Assembly (NCBI GenBank): GCA_047972425.1
Contig: JBKEAR010000022.1
Span: forward strand, 8,371-72,370
From: Alphaproteobacteria bacterium
GTDB taxonomy: Bacteria; Pseudomonadota; Alphaproteobacteria; JBKEAR01
DNA length: 64,000 bases
Direction: 5' to 3'
Shown here piece by piece: positions 20,428 to 31,073 of the stretch. The notes beneath the pieces are model-generated. The model was given only the letters and a program-made list of their open reading frames with translations. It did not search any database and was not told the DNA's origin. The translations under genes and the position numbers were made by a program. Each line of letters starts with the position of its first letter. The first letter of the stretch is position 1.

Positions 20428-21551
20428 CAATAAAAACAAAAGCTTGGTTAGAATCTGCCCTTTCTTCAGAGGATACGTTAGATGCGTTATCCGATGCTAT
20501 TTTGATTGTTGGTCCTCATGGAACGATAAGATGGGCCAATGTTGCTTCCGAAGGTCTGTTTCGGCTAAGCCGTGCCCGATTGTTAAATACTAAGTTGGTT
20601 GATTTACTTAATGAGGATCACCCAATTATAGCATTGTTACAACGCCATATTACTGAGGAAACAACAACAATGGCGCGGGATATTCAGCTGCATCCTAAAC
20701 ATACGCAATCGAGCCATTTGCTTGATGTTCAAATAATGCCCTTGCGTGGTGATGATTTGCAAACAAGGTATATTCTGACTTTACGCGAAAAAAATATTAA
20801 TGTTATTCGTACTTGGGACGAAAATGTAAAAGGTGAAAATCAGATAGAGCTTATGGCCTCTGTTTTAAGCCATGAAATTCGTAATCCTTTAGCCGGTATT
20901 CGCGGTGCCGCACAGCTTTTAAGTAAAAATTTAAATGATGATGATAAGCCTTTGGCAGACATTATTATTGAGGAAGTGGATCGGATTAATCGTTTTATTG
21001 AGCAGTTACAAGAGGCTGATTTTAATAAAAATGAATTTGCCCCGATAAATATTCACAAATCATTAAATGTTGCCATTCGTAATTTACGTTCGCTCTTTGG
21101 GGATCAGTTTTATATTGCCGAGGATTTTGACCCATCATTACCCGAAGTTTACGGACATGAAGATAGTTTGATACGTATGTTCATTAACATTGCCCGCAAT
21201 GCAGTAGAAGCCTTACCAGAAAAAAATGGGCGTATTACTTTTAGGACCTATTGGAACCCCGGTGTTCGTTTTCGGCAAAACTCACAGTTAGCCAATAGTA
21301 CTTTACCACTTGTGGTCGAAATTGAAGATAATGGCATAGGTATTGCCAAAGAAATGCAAACGCGGATTTTTGATCCATTTGTCACAAGCAAAAAGAATGG
21401 AAGTGGCTTAGGTTTGGCACTTTCATCAAAAATTATGAGTGAACATCACGGTTTTATTGAATGTGATAGCAAACAAGGACGCACCCGATTTATTATGCGT
21501 TTTCCTATTTACCAACCCGGAAAAGAAGTAAGAGAAAATAATGCAACGTAA
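20424..21551 (+). CDS. ntrB: Nitrogen regulation histidine kinase NtrB
   Basis: PAS domain, HEIRNPLAGIRGAAQLL, FDPSLPE, EDNGIGI, FDPFVTSK..GSGLGL. Confidence 0.93.
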   Translation: MTIKTKAWLESALSSEDTLDALSDAILIVGPHGTIRWANVASEGLFRLSRARLLNTKLVDLLNEDHPIIALLQRHITEETTTMARDIQLHPKHTQSSHLLDVQIMPLRGDDLQTRYILTLREKNINVIRTWDENVKGENQIELMASVLSHEIRNPLAGIRGAAQLLSKNLNDDDKPLADIIIEEVDRINRFIEQLQEADFNKNEFAPINIHKSLNVAIRNLRSLFGDQFYIAEDFDPSLPEVYGHEDSLIRMFINIARNAVEALPEKNGRITFRTYWNPGVRFRQNSQLANSTLPLVVEIEDNGIGIAKEMQTRIFDPFVTSKKNGSGLGLALSSKIMSEHHGFIECDSKQGRTRFIMRFPIYQPGKEVRENNAT

Positions 21552-22998
21552 AGCCAATATTATCATTGCCGATGACGATAGTGCTATTCGGACTGTCATA
21601 GCAAGAGCCTTAGTCCAAGAAGGATATAAGGTCGATACCGTATCTACTGCAGCTATGTTATGGCAAAAGGCCATGCGTGGAGAAGGTGATGCTATTGTGA
21701 CCGATGTTGTTTTGCCCGATGGTGATGGTATCGATATTTTATCGCGTATCCATCGGCATCGTCCGGAGGTTCCGGTGATTGTTATTTCGGGGGAATCGAC
21801 ATTGCAAACAGCGGTTCGGGCAACGGATGAGGGTGCATTTGAATATATCCCAAAGCCATTTGACCTTAATGATATTATTGATGCCGTTAATCGGGCAATG
21901 GAAATAGAAGAAATTGAAGTTTCGGAAATGCCTGTGAGTAAAAAAGAGAAATCTCCTAAACTCATTGGGCGCTCTAAAGCGATGCAAGATGTTTATCGTA
22001 CTATTGCGCGGGTTGCACGAACAAATCTCTCTGTATTAATCACGGGTGAATCGGGTACAGGTAAGGAACTTGTTGCGCAATCTTTACATGAATATGGCCC
22101 AAGGGTCGAAAATCCATTTATTGCCGTAAATATGGCGGCAATTCCTCATGATTTAATCGAAAGTGAGCTTTTTGGCCATACTAAAGGGGCTTTTACTGGG
22201 GCAACAAGCTCTTCACAAGGTCGGTTTTCCCAAGCGCAGCATGGTACATTATTTCTAGATGAAATCGGCGATATGCCGCTCAATGCCCAAACTCGATTAT
22301 TGCGGGTTTTGCAAGAGGGAGAATTTCGTCCCATTGGTGCAGCCAATACAGTAAAAACCGATGTGCGTATTGTTGCGGCAACCCATCGTAATTTAAATGA
22401 CTTGGTGCGCCAAGGATTGTTTAGGGAAGATTTACTTTATCGCCTTAATGTTATTCCGCTTCATATTCCGCCTTTGCGGGATAGGCCAGAGGATATTAAA
22501 GAATTGACCCATCATTTTTTAGAACAAGCAGGCCATGATGGTTTACCCGTAAAAATTATCAATGAAGATGCTTTGGAGCTATTAACACGTTATCATTGGC
22601 CGGGGAATGTAAGAGAGCTAGAAAATATGGTGCGCCGTATTGCTGCTTTACATCCGGATCCGATTATTAATACCCATACAGTTCAAGAAGCTTTTGGGCA
22701 AAAAATGGGTGAGATGATAAATGATGCTCGCGGAAACCAACCATTATCGCAAATTAAAGAAAATTTATCCGAGGCGGTGGATCGTATACTTTCGGGTTGG
22801 TTTGATGCTCATGGTAATCAACCGATGACCCCCGGTTTATATGGTCGTGTATTGCGCGAGATTGAGAAACCACTTTTACGGTTAACTTTAGAATATACAA
22901 AAGGGAACCAAAGTGAGGCTTCGGAAATTTTGGGTATTAACCGCAATACTTTAAGAAAAAAACTTAAAGAACTCGATTTAAATGCTAAAGGGCAGTAA
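21541..22998 (+). CDS. ntrC: Sigma54 activator NtrC
   Basis: Receiver domain, GESGTGKE, GAFTGA, WPGNVRELEN, Fis HTH LGINRNTLRKK. Confidence 0.96.
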   Translation: MQRKANIIIADDDSAIRTVIARALVQEGYKVDTVSTAAMLWQKAMRGEGDAIVTDVVLPDGDGIDILSRIHRHRPEVPVIVISGESTLQTAVRATDEGAFEYIPKPFDLNDIIDAVNRAMEIEEIEVSEMPVSKKEKSPKLIGRSKAMQDVYRTIARVARTNLSVLITGESGTGKELVAQSLHEYGPRVENPFIAVNMAAIPHDLIESELFGHTKGAFTGATSSSQGRFSQAQHGTLFLDEIGDMPLNAQTRLLRVLQEGEFRPIGAANTVKTDVRIVAATHRNLNDLVRQGLFREDLLYRLNVIPLHIPPLRDRPEDIKELTHHFLEQAGHDGLPVKIINEDALELLTRYHWPGNVRELENMVRRIAALHPDPIINTHTVQEAFGQKMGEMINDARGNQPLSQIKENLSEAVDRILSGWFDAHGNQPMTPGLYGRVLREIEKPLLRLTLEYTKGNQSEASEILGINRNTLRKKLKELDLNAKGQ

Positions 22999-23002
22999 TA
23001 GC

Positions 23003-25213
23003 ATGAATATTTTAAAAAAGCTTGCTCTTAATCGACCAACACGTATTTTAGCACTTTGCTTAGGTGTTATGATTGCCTTAACAACCTATGCGACTTTAAG
23101 AGAATTTTCGAGCTTTGATCTCAATAATATTGCCTCGCGCCATTCCTATTTAATGCGCCTTTTATTCATCGATATTGGGCTAATATTTATTTTGGCCTGC
23201 ATCATATTTTATCGGCTCTGGCAAATATATTTAAATATGAAGAAAAAACAGCCGGGTTTTATTATTCGTTATAAATTAACCATGCTTTTTGGCGTTTTAG
23301 CTGCATTACCTGCTGTTGCTATTGCTATATTAGCCGGCATATATATTCATACCAGTTTACAGGGGTGGTTTAATGAGCGCATATCAACGGCCATTAACGA
23401 ATCTTCGGCTGTTGCACAAGCTTATTTAGAAGAACATCAACGCACAATTTTAGGTGATGCAGCCTCATTATCACAAACGATGGAGGCTCAATTAGAGCGA
23501 AGTTATCAGCGCCGGCGCTCAACTTTTATGAATGCAAGTGAAATCAAAAATGCGATTGCAAATGATATTAATTTGGCATTATCTAATCAATCGGCAGATA
23601 AAAAAATTACCGAGGCTGTTGTTGTTGATGATTCTGGCGATGTGATATTTCGTTCTTTTCAGACGTTAATTTTTGGACGTATTGATATACCCGAAGATAT
23701 TTTTTTAAAAGCCGACCAAGGTCAGTCGATTATTTTAGATAATCGGGCAAATGAGCGCCGTGTTCGGGCTTTAATAAAATTACCAAACTCTATTGATACA
23801 TTACTGGAGCGTAAAAGCTACTTACTCATTGGTCGCCCAATTGATGCCGAGGTGCTTAACCATGTTACCAATACGCAATCGGCAACAGCAGAATATAATT
23901 TACTTGAAAATCAAAGGGTTAGAACACAAAATATTTTAATTTTATTATATGCGATTATTGCATCTATCTTTTTATTGGCTTCATTATGGTTTGGTATGTT
24001 GATTGCAGGGCGAATTTCGCGCCCGATTATTGCTCTTATTCAGGCTTCTCGCGCCGTATCGGCAGGGGATTTAGATGCACAAGTGGTTGTTCGTGATACA
24101 AAAGATGAAATTAAACTTTTAGGCGATAGCTTTAATGATATGACCGCCCAATTAAAAAGCCAGCAACTGAGTTTATTAACCACCAATGCAGAGCTAGAAG
24201 AAAGGCGGCAGTTTATTGAGACGGTTTTAACAGGGGTTTCGGCGGGTGTTATTTCAACTGATGAAAATAATAATATTACCTTAGTAAATCCACAGGCTGA
24301 AGAACTTTTGGATATTAAAGAACAAGATGCAAGAGGGCAAAATCTTTATACTCTAATTCCTGAATTTTCACTTTTATCAAATATGCAAGGAACAACCGAA
24401 ATTACGGTGAGTCGCAAAAATCAAACGCGAATATTACAATGCCAAATTACGGTGGAAGATGTTAATAATGTAATTACCGGGTATATTATTACATTTGATG
24501 ACATCACCAGTTTACAAGCAGCGGAGAGAAAAGCTGCATGGTCTGGGGTTGCCCGCCGAATTGCCCATGAAATTAAAAATCCTTTAACGCCCATCCAGCT
24601 TTCGGCCGAGCGTTTACAACGACGTTATACCAAAATAATTGATCCGGATGATGAAGTTTTTGAACTTTGTCTTAAAACAATAATTCGCCAAGTGGATCAG
24701 ATTGGCCGTTTGGTTCAAGAATTCTCATCATTTGCCCGTTTACCTGAGCCTTTGTTGAAACAACAAAATATTAATATGATTATTAAAGGAATTTTTGAGC
24801 TTGAAAAACAACGGGATCATTTGGTGGATATGCAACTTAATTTGCCAAGTAATGATATTACTGGAAATATTGATGAAGGGCTTATAACACAAGCATTAAC
24901 AAATTTATTGAAAAATGCATCAGAAGCAGCTCTTTCAAATAACCCTAATGGACAAGCAAAAGTATATATTTATCTTGATGACATACAATCGGATAATTTT
25001 TTTGATATTATCATCGAAGATAACGGTGCGGGGTTTCCCGAAAACGACCGTAACCGTGTGCTTGAACCATATGTTACCACCAAAAAAGAAGGGACGGGAT
25101 TAGGGTTAGCAATTGTACAAAAAATTATTAATGACCATGGTGGTGAACTCTTATTAGATGATAGTAAAAAATTAAAAGGCGCAAAGGTTATATTGCGTTT
25201 TCCAAAAAACTGA
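23003..25213 (+). CDS. ntrY: Sensor histidine kinase NtrY
   Basis: TM helices, WFNERI, HAMP, PAS, AWSGVARRIAHEIKNPLTPIQLSAERL, GTGLGL; ATG 23003 preferred. Confidence 0.94.
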   Translation: MNILKKLALNRPTRILALCLGVMIALTTYATLREFSSFDLNNIASRHSYLMRLLFIDIGLIFILACIIFYRLWQIYLNMKKKQPGFIIRYKLTMLFGVLAALPAVAIAILAGIYIHTSLQGWFNERISTAINESSAVAQAYLEEHQRTILGDAASLSQTMEAQLERSYQRRRSTFMNASEIKNAIANDINLALSNQSADKKITEAVVVDDSGDVIFRSFQTLIFGRIDIPEDIFLKADQGQSIILDNRANERRVRALIKLPNSIDTLLERKSYLLIGRPIDAEVLNHVTNTQSATAEYNLLENQRVRTQNILILLYAIIASIFLLASLWFGMLIAGRISRPIIALIQASRAVSAGDLDAQVVVRDTKDEIKLLGDSFNDMTAQLKSQQLSLLTTNAELEERRQFIETVLTGVSAGVISTDENNNITLVNPQAEELLDIKEQDARGQNLYTLIPEFSLLSNMQGTTEITVSRKNQTRILQCQITVEDVNNVITGYIITFDDITSLQAAERKAAWSGVARRIAHEIKNPLTPIQLSAERLQRRYTKIIDPDDEVFELCLKTIIRQVDQIGRLVQEFSSFARLPEPLLKQQNINMIIKGIFELEKQRDHLVDMQLNLPSNDITGNIDEGLITQALTNLLKNASEAALSNNPNGQAKVYIYLDDIQSDNFFDIIIEDNGAGFPENDRNRVLEPYVTTKKEGTGLGLAIVQKIINDHGGELLLDDSKKLKGAKVILRFPKN

Positions 25214-25255
25214 ATAAAATAATAGAATAAAACACAATAAATCGAGAGAGGCTCA

Positions 25256-26656
25256 ATGGCTTTAGAAATTCTTATAGTTGATGACGAAGACGATATTCGT
25301 TTTTTAACTGCAGGTATATTAGAAGATGAAGGTTATGAAACAAGAGAGGCAGCCAATGACAAGGCGGCTCTTGATGCTATAAATTATCGCCAGCCTCATT
25401 TAGTTTTATTAGATATTTGGCTAGAAGGCAGCCGTTTAGATGGTTTGGGTATTTTAGATGCTATTAAAAAAGATAATCCTGATTTACCCATTTTGATGAT
25501 GTCTGGCCATGGGAATATTGAAACAGCGGTTGATGCGATTAAAAGGGGTGCTTACGACTTTATTGAAAAGCCGTTTAAATCAGACCGATTACTTCTTTTG
25601 GTGGATAGAGCATTGGAAAACGCAAGATTAAAGCGTGAAAACAAGGAATTAAAAAAGCAAAATGCATTTACCAGTGAACTTATTGGTGATTCGTTAAAAA
25701 TGCGCCAACTTAAAAGCCTTATTCAGAAAATTTCTCCCACGAATAGCCGCATATTGATTAAAGGGCCCGCAGGCTCGGGTAAAGAGATTGTAGCGCGCTC
25801 TATTCATGAAGCCTCGTTGAATACCGAAGGTTCATTTGTTATTGCAAGCTGTGCAAATATGGTACCCGAAACATTAGAAGAAGAATTATTTGGTATTGAA
25901 GGCGATGATAATCATCCGGCAAAAATTGGCTTGTTAGAGCAAGCTCATAAGGGAACTTTATTGCTTGATGAAGTAGGGGATATGCCCTTAGAAACACAGG
26001 CAAAAATCACACGATTATTGCAAGACCAAACTTTTTATCGCATTAATGGAACGCGCCCAGTTTCGGTAAATGTTCGGATTATGGCTTCAACAACCCAAGA
26101 CCTAGCAGAAAAAATAACACAAAATAAATTTCGGGAAGATTTATATTATCGATTAAATGTTGTACCAATTGAAATTGCACCTTTGAAAGATAGGCGTGAT
26201 GATGTAATTAAACTTGCCGATTATTTCTTAGCGATGATTACAAGTAACTTATCAAGTGCAATTACTGGTTTTTCAGATGATGCCAAAACAATATTACAAA
26301 GTTGGGATTGGCCGGGAAATGTACGAGAACTTAAAAATTTAATTGAGCGTGTTGTTATTATGGCAACAGATAATGACAATAATGAAATTACAGCCGAAGT
26401 GTTGCCCGAGGAGATTAAAAATAGTGATCGGATAAAGTCTGTTGGTGAAACCTATCAGGAACTCATAACAAAACCGTTAAGAGAAGCCAGAGAAGAGTTT
26501 GAAAGACGATATTTAGAAACTCAGCTTATTCGGTTTAATTATAATATTTCGAGGACAGCGAGTTTTATTGGCATGGAGCGCTCTGCATTGCATCGGAAAA
26601 TAAAAATGCTTGGCTTAACAAGTGAAGATAAAACCAACGATGATGATAATGAATAG
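25256..26656 (+). CDS. ntrX: Response regulator NtrX
   Basis: LDIWLEGSRLDGL, AAA+ domain without GAFTGA, GMERSALHRK. Confidence 0.95.
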   Translation: MALEILIVDDEDDIRFLTAGILEDEGYETREAANDKAALDAINYRQPHLVLLDIWLEGSRLDGLGILDAIKKDNPDLPILMMSGHGNIETAVDAIKRGAYDFIEKPFKSDRLLLLVDRALENARLKRENKELKKQNAFTSELIGDSLKMRQLKSLIQKISPTNSRILIKGPAGSGKEIVARSIHEASLNTEGSFVIASCANMVPETLEEELFGIEGDDNHPAKIGLLEQAHKGTLLLDEVGDMPLETQAKITRLLQDQTFYRINGTRPVSVNVRIMASTTQDLAEKITQNKFREDLYYRLNVVPIEIAPLKDRRDDVIKLADYFLAMITSNLSSAITGFSDDAKTILQSWDWPGNVRELKNLIERVVIMATDNDNNEITAEVLPEEIKNSDRIKSVGETYQELITKPLREAREEFERRYLETQLIRFNYNISRTASFIGMERSALHRKIKMLGLTSEDKTNDDDNE

Positions 26657-26669
26657 AGGATAAAAATAT

Positions 26670-28058
26670 ATGAAAGTTATTATTGGTGGTGCAGGGGAAG
26701 TTGGATCTTCAATTGCGCGTTATTTGGCAGAAGAAGATAATGAAGTAACAATCATTGATCAAGATCCGCAACTTGTAGCAAGCATATCGGGCTCAACAGA
26801 TATAAGAGCTGTAAGAGGGCATGCAGCGCTTCCTGAAACATTAGAGAATGTTGGTGTAAAAGATGCCGATATCGTCATTGCAGTTACACCATCGGATGAA
26901 GTAAATATGGTCATTTGTCAAATGGCGCACTCGTTATTTAATGTTCCGGTTAAAATTGCCCGTATTCGTGAGCAAGGATATTTGGATCAGCGATGGTCGG
27001 ATATTTTTCGATCTGACCATATGCCGATTAATCATGTAATTTCTCCTGAAACTGAGGTTGCCCATGCGTTTGTTGAGCGGCTTCGGGTTCCGGGCGCAGG
27101 TGATGTATTTTCTTTAGCAAGAGGGAAAGCACAATTAATCAATTTAAGACTAACAAATACATGTCCTGTTTTAAAAACACCGTTAAAGGAAATTAGTCAG
27201 CTTTTCCCTGATCTTAATGTAACAATCATGGCTATTTTACGTGAAAATCAGCTAATTGTCCCTAAAACGGGGCAAGAAGAGCTATTGGTTGGGGATCAAA
27301 TTTATTTTGCGGTTGAGACTATTCAGCTTAATCGGGCACTCTCAGCTTTTGGTTATGAAAATGAGGAAACTCCGCGTATTTTAATAGTTGGTGGGGGCAA
27401 AGTTGGGTTGCGATTAGCTCAAAATCTTGCAAATGATATTCAACATAAAGTTCAAGTGAATATTATTGAATATGATAAAAAACGGGCTGTTGAAATTGCA
27501 TCGGAAGTTAAAGGTACATCTATTCGCGTTTATAACGGAGATGCGCTCGATTCGGAAATCCTCAAAGAAGCTTCAGCAGAAAATAGCCAAGCCATTGTTT
27601 GTGTTACCAATGATGATGAAACCAATGCCTTAGCATGTTTATTGGGTAAAAAGTTGGGTATACGTAATAATTTAGCACTGATTAATCGGGCGGGTTACGA
27701 TACTTTACTAACAAATATTGGTATCGATAGTGTTGTGATGCCACGCTCAATTACAGTAAGTTCTATTTTGCGTCATGTTCGTCATGGCCGAATAATTTCG
27801 GCACATGCCATTGCTCATGACCAAGGTGAGGTTTTAGAGGCTTTGGCTTTAGAAACATCAAATATTGTCGGCACCCCATTAAGAGATTTGGACTTACCCA
27901 AAGAAATTATTATTGGTGCTGTTATTAGAAATGGAGCGTTTATTCGTCCCCGAGGGAGTACGGTAATTAATGCCGAAGATCACGTTATTTTATTTGCAAC
28001 AAAAAAATCAATTCGTAAAGCAGAGCGCTTGTTTAGTGTAAGCCTAGAATGGTTTTAA
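26670..28058 (+). CDS. trkA: Trk potassium uptake NAD-binding subunit
   Basis: Two RCK_N/RCK_C pairs, GAGEVG, GGGKVG; synteny after ntrX. Confidence 0.95.
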   Translation: MKVIIGGAGEVGSSIARYLAEEDNEVTIIDQDPQLVASISGSTDIRAVRGHAALPETLENVGVKDADIVIAVTPSDEVNMVICQMAHSLFNVPVKIARIREQGYLDQRWSDIFRSDHMPINHVISPETEVAHAFVERLRVPGAGDVFSLARGKAQLINLRLTNTCPVLKTPLKEISQLFPDLNVTIMAILRENQLIVPKTGQEELLVGDQIYFAVETIQLNRALSAFGYENEETPRILIVGGGKVGLRLAQNLANDIQHKVQVNIIEYDKKRAVEIASEVKGTSIRVYNGDALDSEILKEASAENSQAIVCVTNDDETNALACLLGKKLGIRNNLALINRAGYDTLLTNIGIDSVVMPRSITVSSILRHVRHGRIISAHAIAHDQGEVLEALALETSNIVGTPLRDLDLPKEIIIGAVIRNGAFIRPRGSTVINAEDHVILFATKKSIRKAERLFSVSLEWF

Positions 28059-28070
28059 AAGGAGTTTATT

Positions 28071-28925
28071 ATGCCAAAATCACTCATTTCTTACGTTAAT
28101 GGGCGTTATATTTATAATCAGTTTGCCATGGTTCATATTGAAGATAGGGGCTATCAATTTTCAGACGGTGTTTATGAGGTTGTTTCATATATTAATGGCC
28201 AGTGGGTCGATTTAGATTGGCATTTGGATCGTTTAGAATATTCATTGAGCGAACTAAAAATAGATATGCCAATGAGCCGTAAAGTATTAGAAATTGTTAT
28301 TAATAACTTAATGAAAAAAAATAGGATAAGAAACTCTGCTTATGTTTATTTGCAAATTACCCGGGGTGTTGCACCCAGAAACCATGTTTTCCCTATTGTT
28401 TCACAACCTTCTTTGGTTATGACGGTTAAAAGATTTTATCCGCCGGCTTTAAATGATGCATATAAAGGAATAAAAGTGATTACAGGTCCAGAAATTCGGT
28501 GGGCTAGGCCAGATATTAAATCAGTTTCTCTATTACCCAATATCTTGGCCAAACAGGCAGCAAAAGAGCAGGGGGCAGATGAATACTGGTTCATCAAACA
28601 AGATGGAATTACAGAGGGCGGATCTTCAAACTCTTGGATTGTAACAAAAAATAATGAGTTAATTACGCATCCGAGTAATGGTGAGATTTTAAAAGGCATC
28701 ACAAGAAACCGAATTATAGAAATTGCAAAAGAACTTGGTTTAAACTTTGTTGAAAGAACATTTTCTTTAGAAGAAGCCTATGATGCGAAAGAAGCTTTTG
28801 TTTCTTCTTCAACAGCACTGATAAGACCTGTTGTGCAAATTGACGATAAAAAAATTGGTCAAGGTGAAGCAGGGCCAATAACAAAAAATTTAATTGCTCA
28901 ATTTTATGCTGCATTTGGATTATAA
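28071..28925 (+). CDS. dat: D-amino-acid aminotransferase (PLP fold IV)
   Basis: DRGYQFSDGVYEV, DIKSVSLLPN, TEGGSSN, ILKGITR. Confidence 0.92.
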   Translation: MPKSLISYVNGRYIYNQFAMVHIEDRGYQFSDGVYEVVSYINGQWVDLDWHLDRLEYSLSELKIDMPMSRKVLEIVINNLMKKNRIRNSAYVYLQITRGVAPRNHVFPIVSQPSLVMTVKRFYPPALNDAYKGIKVITGPEIRWARPDIKSVSLLPNILAKQAAKEQGADEYWFIKQDGITEGGSSNSWIVTKNNELITHPSNGEILKGITRNRIIEIAKELGLNFVERTFSLEEAYDAKEAFVSSSTALIRPVVQIDDKKIGQGEAGPITKNLIAQFYAAFGL

Positions 28926-28935
28926 AAAAGAAAAT

Positions 28936-28964
28936 TTGCAAGCAACCAAAAGCTTTGGTATTCT
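28936..28964 (+). promoter_or_regulatory. Sigma70-type promoter of hfq-hflX
   Basis: TTGCAA-N17-TATTCT with TG extension. Confidence 0.55.
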
Positions 28965-29020
28965 TAAAGAGTAAATAGGGAAATTGTTCCTCAATAAAAA
29001 TAATAAAAAGGAGCTCATCA

Positions 29021-29269
29021 ATGGGTGCAGAACGTAGCCAAAATGTTCAAGATGTTTTTCTTAATCAGGTTCGTAAGTCAAAAACATCAGTAACAATTTT
29101 TTTAGTTAATGGAGTCAAGCTACAAGGGATTATTACTTGGTTTGATAATTTTTCAATATTATTGCGCCGGGATGGGCATTCGCAATTGGTTTATAAACAT
29201 GCGGTATCAACTATTATGCCCAATGGGCCTGTTCAGCTTTATGATGAAGAACAAGGTGAAGATGAGTAA
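29021..29269 (+). CDS. hfq: RNA chaperone Hfq
   Basis: [26 protein letters not shown]. Confidence 0.98.
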   Translation: MGAERSQNVQDVFLNQVRKSKTSVTIFLVNGVKLQGIITWFDNFSILLRRDGHSQLVYKHAVSTIMPNGPVQLYDEEQGEDE

Positions 29270-29303
29270 TCAATATGTATGATGATAAGGTTGTTATGCT
29301 TTA

Positions 29304-30641
29304 ATGGCTAATAATAATTGCTTAATCATTCATCCAAGACTAAAAAAAAATAATTATAACCGATCCATAGAAAATGCGCTTGATGAAGCGGTAGGCTTGG
29401 CCGAAGCTATTAATTTGAATGTAGTTGAGGCCATAGCTTTTACATTAAGCAAAGTAAAACCCGCCACATATATTGGCGAAGGCCAAATAGAATATATAAA
29501 AAATAAGGCTGCCGAGTTTGAAGAACCTGAGGTTTTGATATTTGATGGTAGTCTTACTCCCAGTCAACAACGAAACCTAGAACGTGCTTTAGACCTTAAA
29601 GTTATTGATAGAACAGGTTTAATTTTAGAGATATTTGGCGAGCGTGCACAAACAAGAGAAGGGCGTGCGCAGGTTCAATTGGCCTCATTAAGCTATCAAC
29701 GCTCTCGGCTTGTTCGCTCATGGACACACTTAGAGCGGCAAAAAGGTGGGGCAGGCTTTATGGGTGGCCCGGGCGAACGGCAAATAGAGCTTGATAGACG
29801 AATGATTGATGACCAAATTGGGCGGATTAAAAAAGATTTAGAGCAAATAAAACGTACAAGGGATTTGCAAAGGGGTAAGCGAAAGCGCGTTCCTTGGCCG
29901 GTTGTTGCATTGGTTGGTTATACAAATGCTGGAAAATCAACATTATTTAATGTTTTAACTCAAGCAGATGTTATGGCCAAAGATATGCTGTTTGCAACAT
30001 TAGACCCAACAATGCGCGCACTCAAGTTACCAAGTGGAAAACAAATAATTTTAGCCGATACGGTTGGATTTATTTCGGACTTACCACACCAGCTTGTAGA
30101 AGCCTTTAAAGCAACATTAGAGGAGGTCACGCAGGCCGATTTGCTTTTGCATGTTATTGATGTAAGCGATGCAGATAATGAAGAATATCAAAACAATGTT
30201 TTAGAAGTTCTTGAAAATATAGGCATAGATGAAGCTGATCAAGAGAAGCATATAATTGATGTTTTTAATAAAATAGATTTATTAGATGCCGAAGAACGAC
30301 AACAAATGGTCAATAAATTTTCTGTAAATAGAGTGCAAAATAAGGTTGCAATTTCAGCCTATGAACGGCTTTATTTAGATAAATTGCTTACATTAATCGA
30401 TGTAAAACTGAGTGAGGATGAAGAAGAATATTCAATCCGGATACCGGCAGCCCAAGGCGAAATTATTGCATGGTTGCATGAAAATTCAGTTGTTTTAAGT
30501 TTACAATATAATGATGATGGCTGGGCAGAAATTTTAGGAACTATAAAACCTGAGAGGGCAAATAGACTTGCCGATATGCTTAAAAAAATTAATTTTATTT
30601 TGTCACCATCCATACAAAAAATTATAAAGAAATATTATTAA
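29304..30641 (+). CDS. hflX: GTPase HflX
   Basis: GPGERQIELDRR, VGYTNAGKST, LFATLDPT, DTVGFI, NKID. Confidence 0.97.
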   Translation: MANNNCLIIHPRLKKNNYNRSIENALDEAVGLAEAINLNVVEAIAFTLSKVKPATYIGEGQIEYIKNKAAEFEEPEVLIFDGSLTPSQQRNLERALDLKVIDRTGLILEIFGERAQTREGRAQVQLASLSYQRSRLVRSWTHLERQKGGAGFMGGPGERQIELDRRMIDDQIGRIKKDLEQIKRTRDLQRGKRKRVPWPVVALVGYTNAGKSTLFNVLTQADVMAKDMLFATLDPTMRALKLPSGKQIILADTVGFISDLPHQLVEAFKATLEEVTQADLLLHVIDVSDADNEEYQNNVLEVLENIGIDEADQEKHIIDVFNKIDLLDAEERQQMVNKFSVNRVQNKVAISAYERLYLDKLLTLIDVKLSEDEEEYSIRIPAAQGEIIAWLHENSVVLSLQYNDDGWAEILGTIKPERANRLADMLKKINFILSPSIQKIIKKYY

Positions 30642-30896
30642 ACCATTTAAATAACAACATAGATTGTTTTCAATTTATAAAATATTAGTATTCGATTCAA
30701 AAAAATTAAATGGTTAAACTAGTCCTGCGAATGATACAGAATATATTTACGCTCAGTAGATATGAAATCTTAGATTTAAAAATTTTTTAGATTAAATGGG
30801 ATAAATCTCAAAATATTTTTTGCTGAATATGAAACAGCATAATTAATTGCACTAATCATAATAATCATACTATAAATTTACCTTCAGCATCTATAT

Positions 30897-30924
30897 TTGA
30901 TGCATAATTTATATTATGTTAAAT
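30897..30924 (+). other. dif: dif site (XerC/XerD chromosome dimer resolution)
   Basis: TTGATGCATAA-TTTATA-TTATGTTAAAT versus E. coli GGTGCGCATAA-TGTATA-TTATGTTAAAT; XerD arm identical; non-coding gap between convergent operons. Confidence 0.88.
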
Positions 30925-31016
30925 TGTATAAAACATTATATATCAAATATATATTATATTTAATTTATTTTTGTATGTGATTTGTTCTTTTGGATCTACT
31001 GTGTTTAACCAAAATA

Positions 31017-31047
31017 ATAAAAAAGCTGCTTATTTATTAAGCAGCTT
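31017..31047 (-). terminator. Intrinsic terminator of the minus-strand operon
   Basis: AAGCTGCTTA-tttat-TAAGCAGCTT with a T-tract on the minus strand. Confidence 0.8.
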
Positions 31048-31073
31048 GAAATTAATTTTAATATAAAGAAAAT

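Noticed and set aside
25680-26400. NtrX AAA+ domain lacks GAFTGA
   Set aside because: Normal for NtrX; not degeneration
30641-30717. 10-bp inverted repeat AACCATTTAA/TTAAATGGTT and CtrA-like half sites after hflX
   Set aside because: Short and AT-rich, no full TTAA-N7-TTAA box, no target duplication; could be chance
30776-30868. About 30-codon minus-strand ORF (MIIMISAINYAVS...) beside dif
   Set aside because: No convincing RBS or recognisable motif; expected by chance in AT-rich DNA
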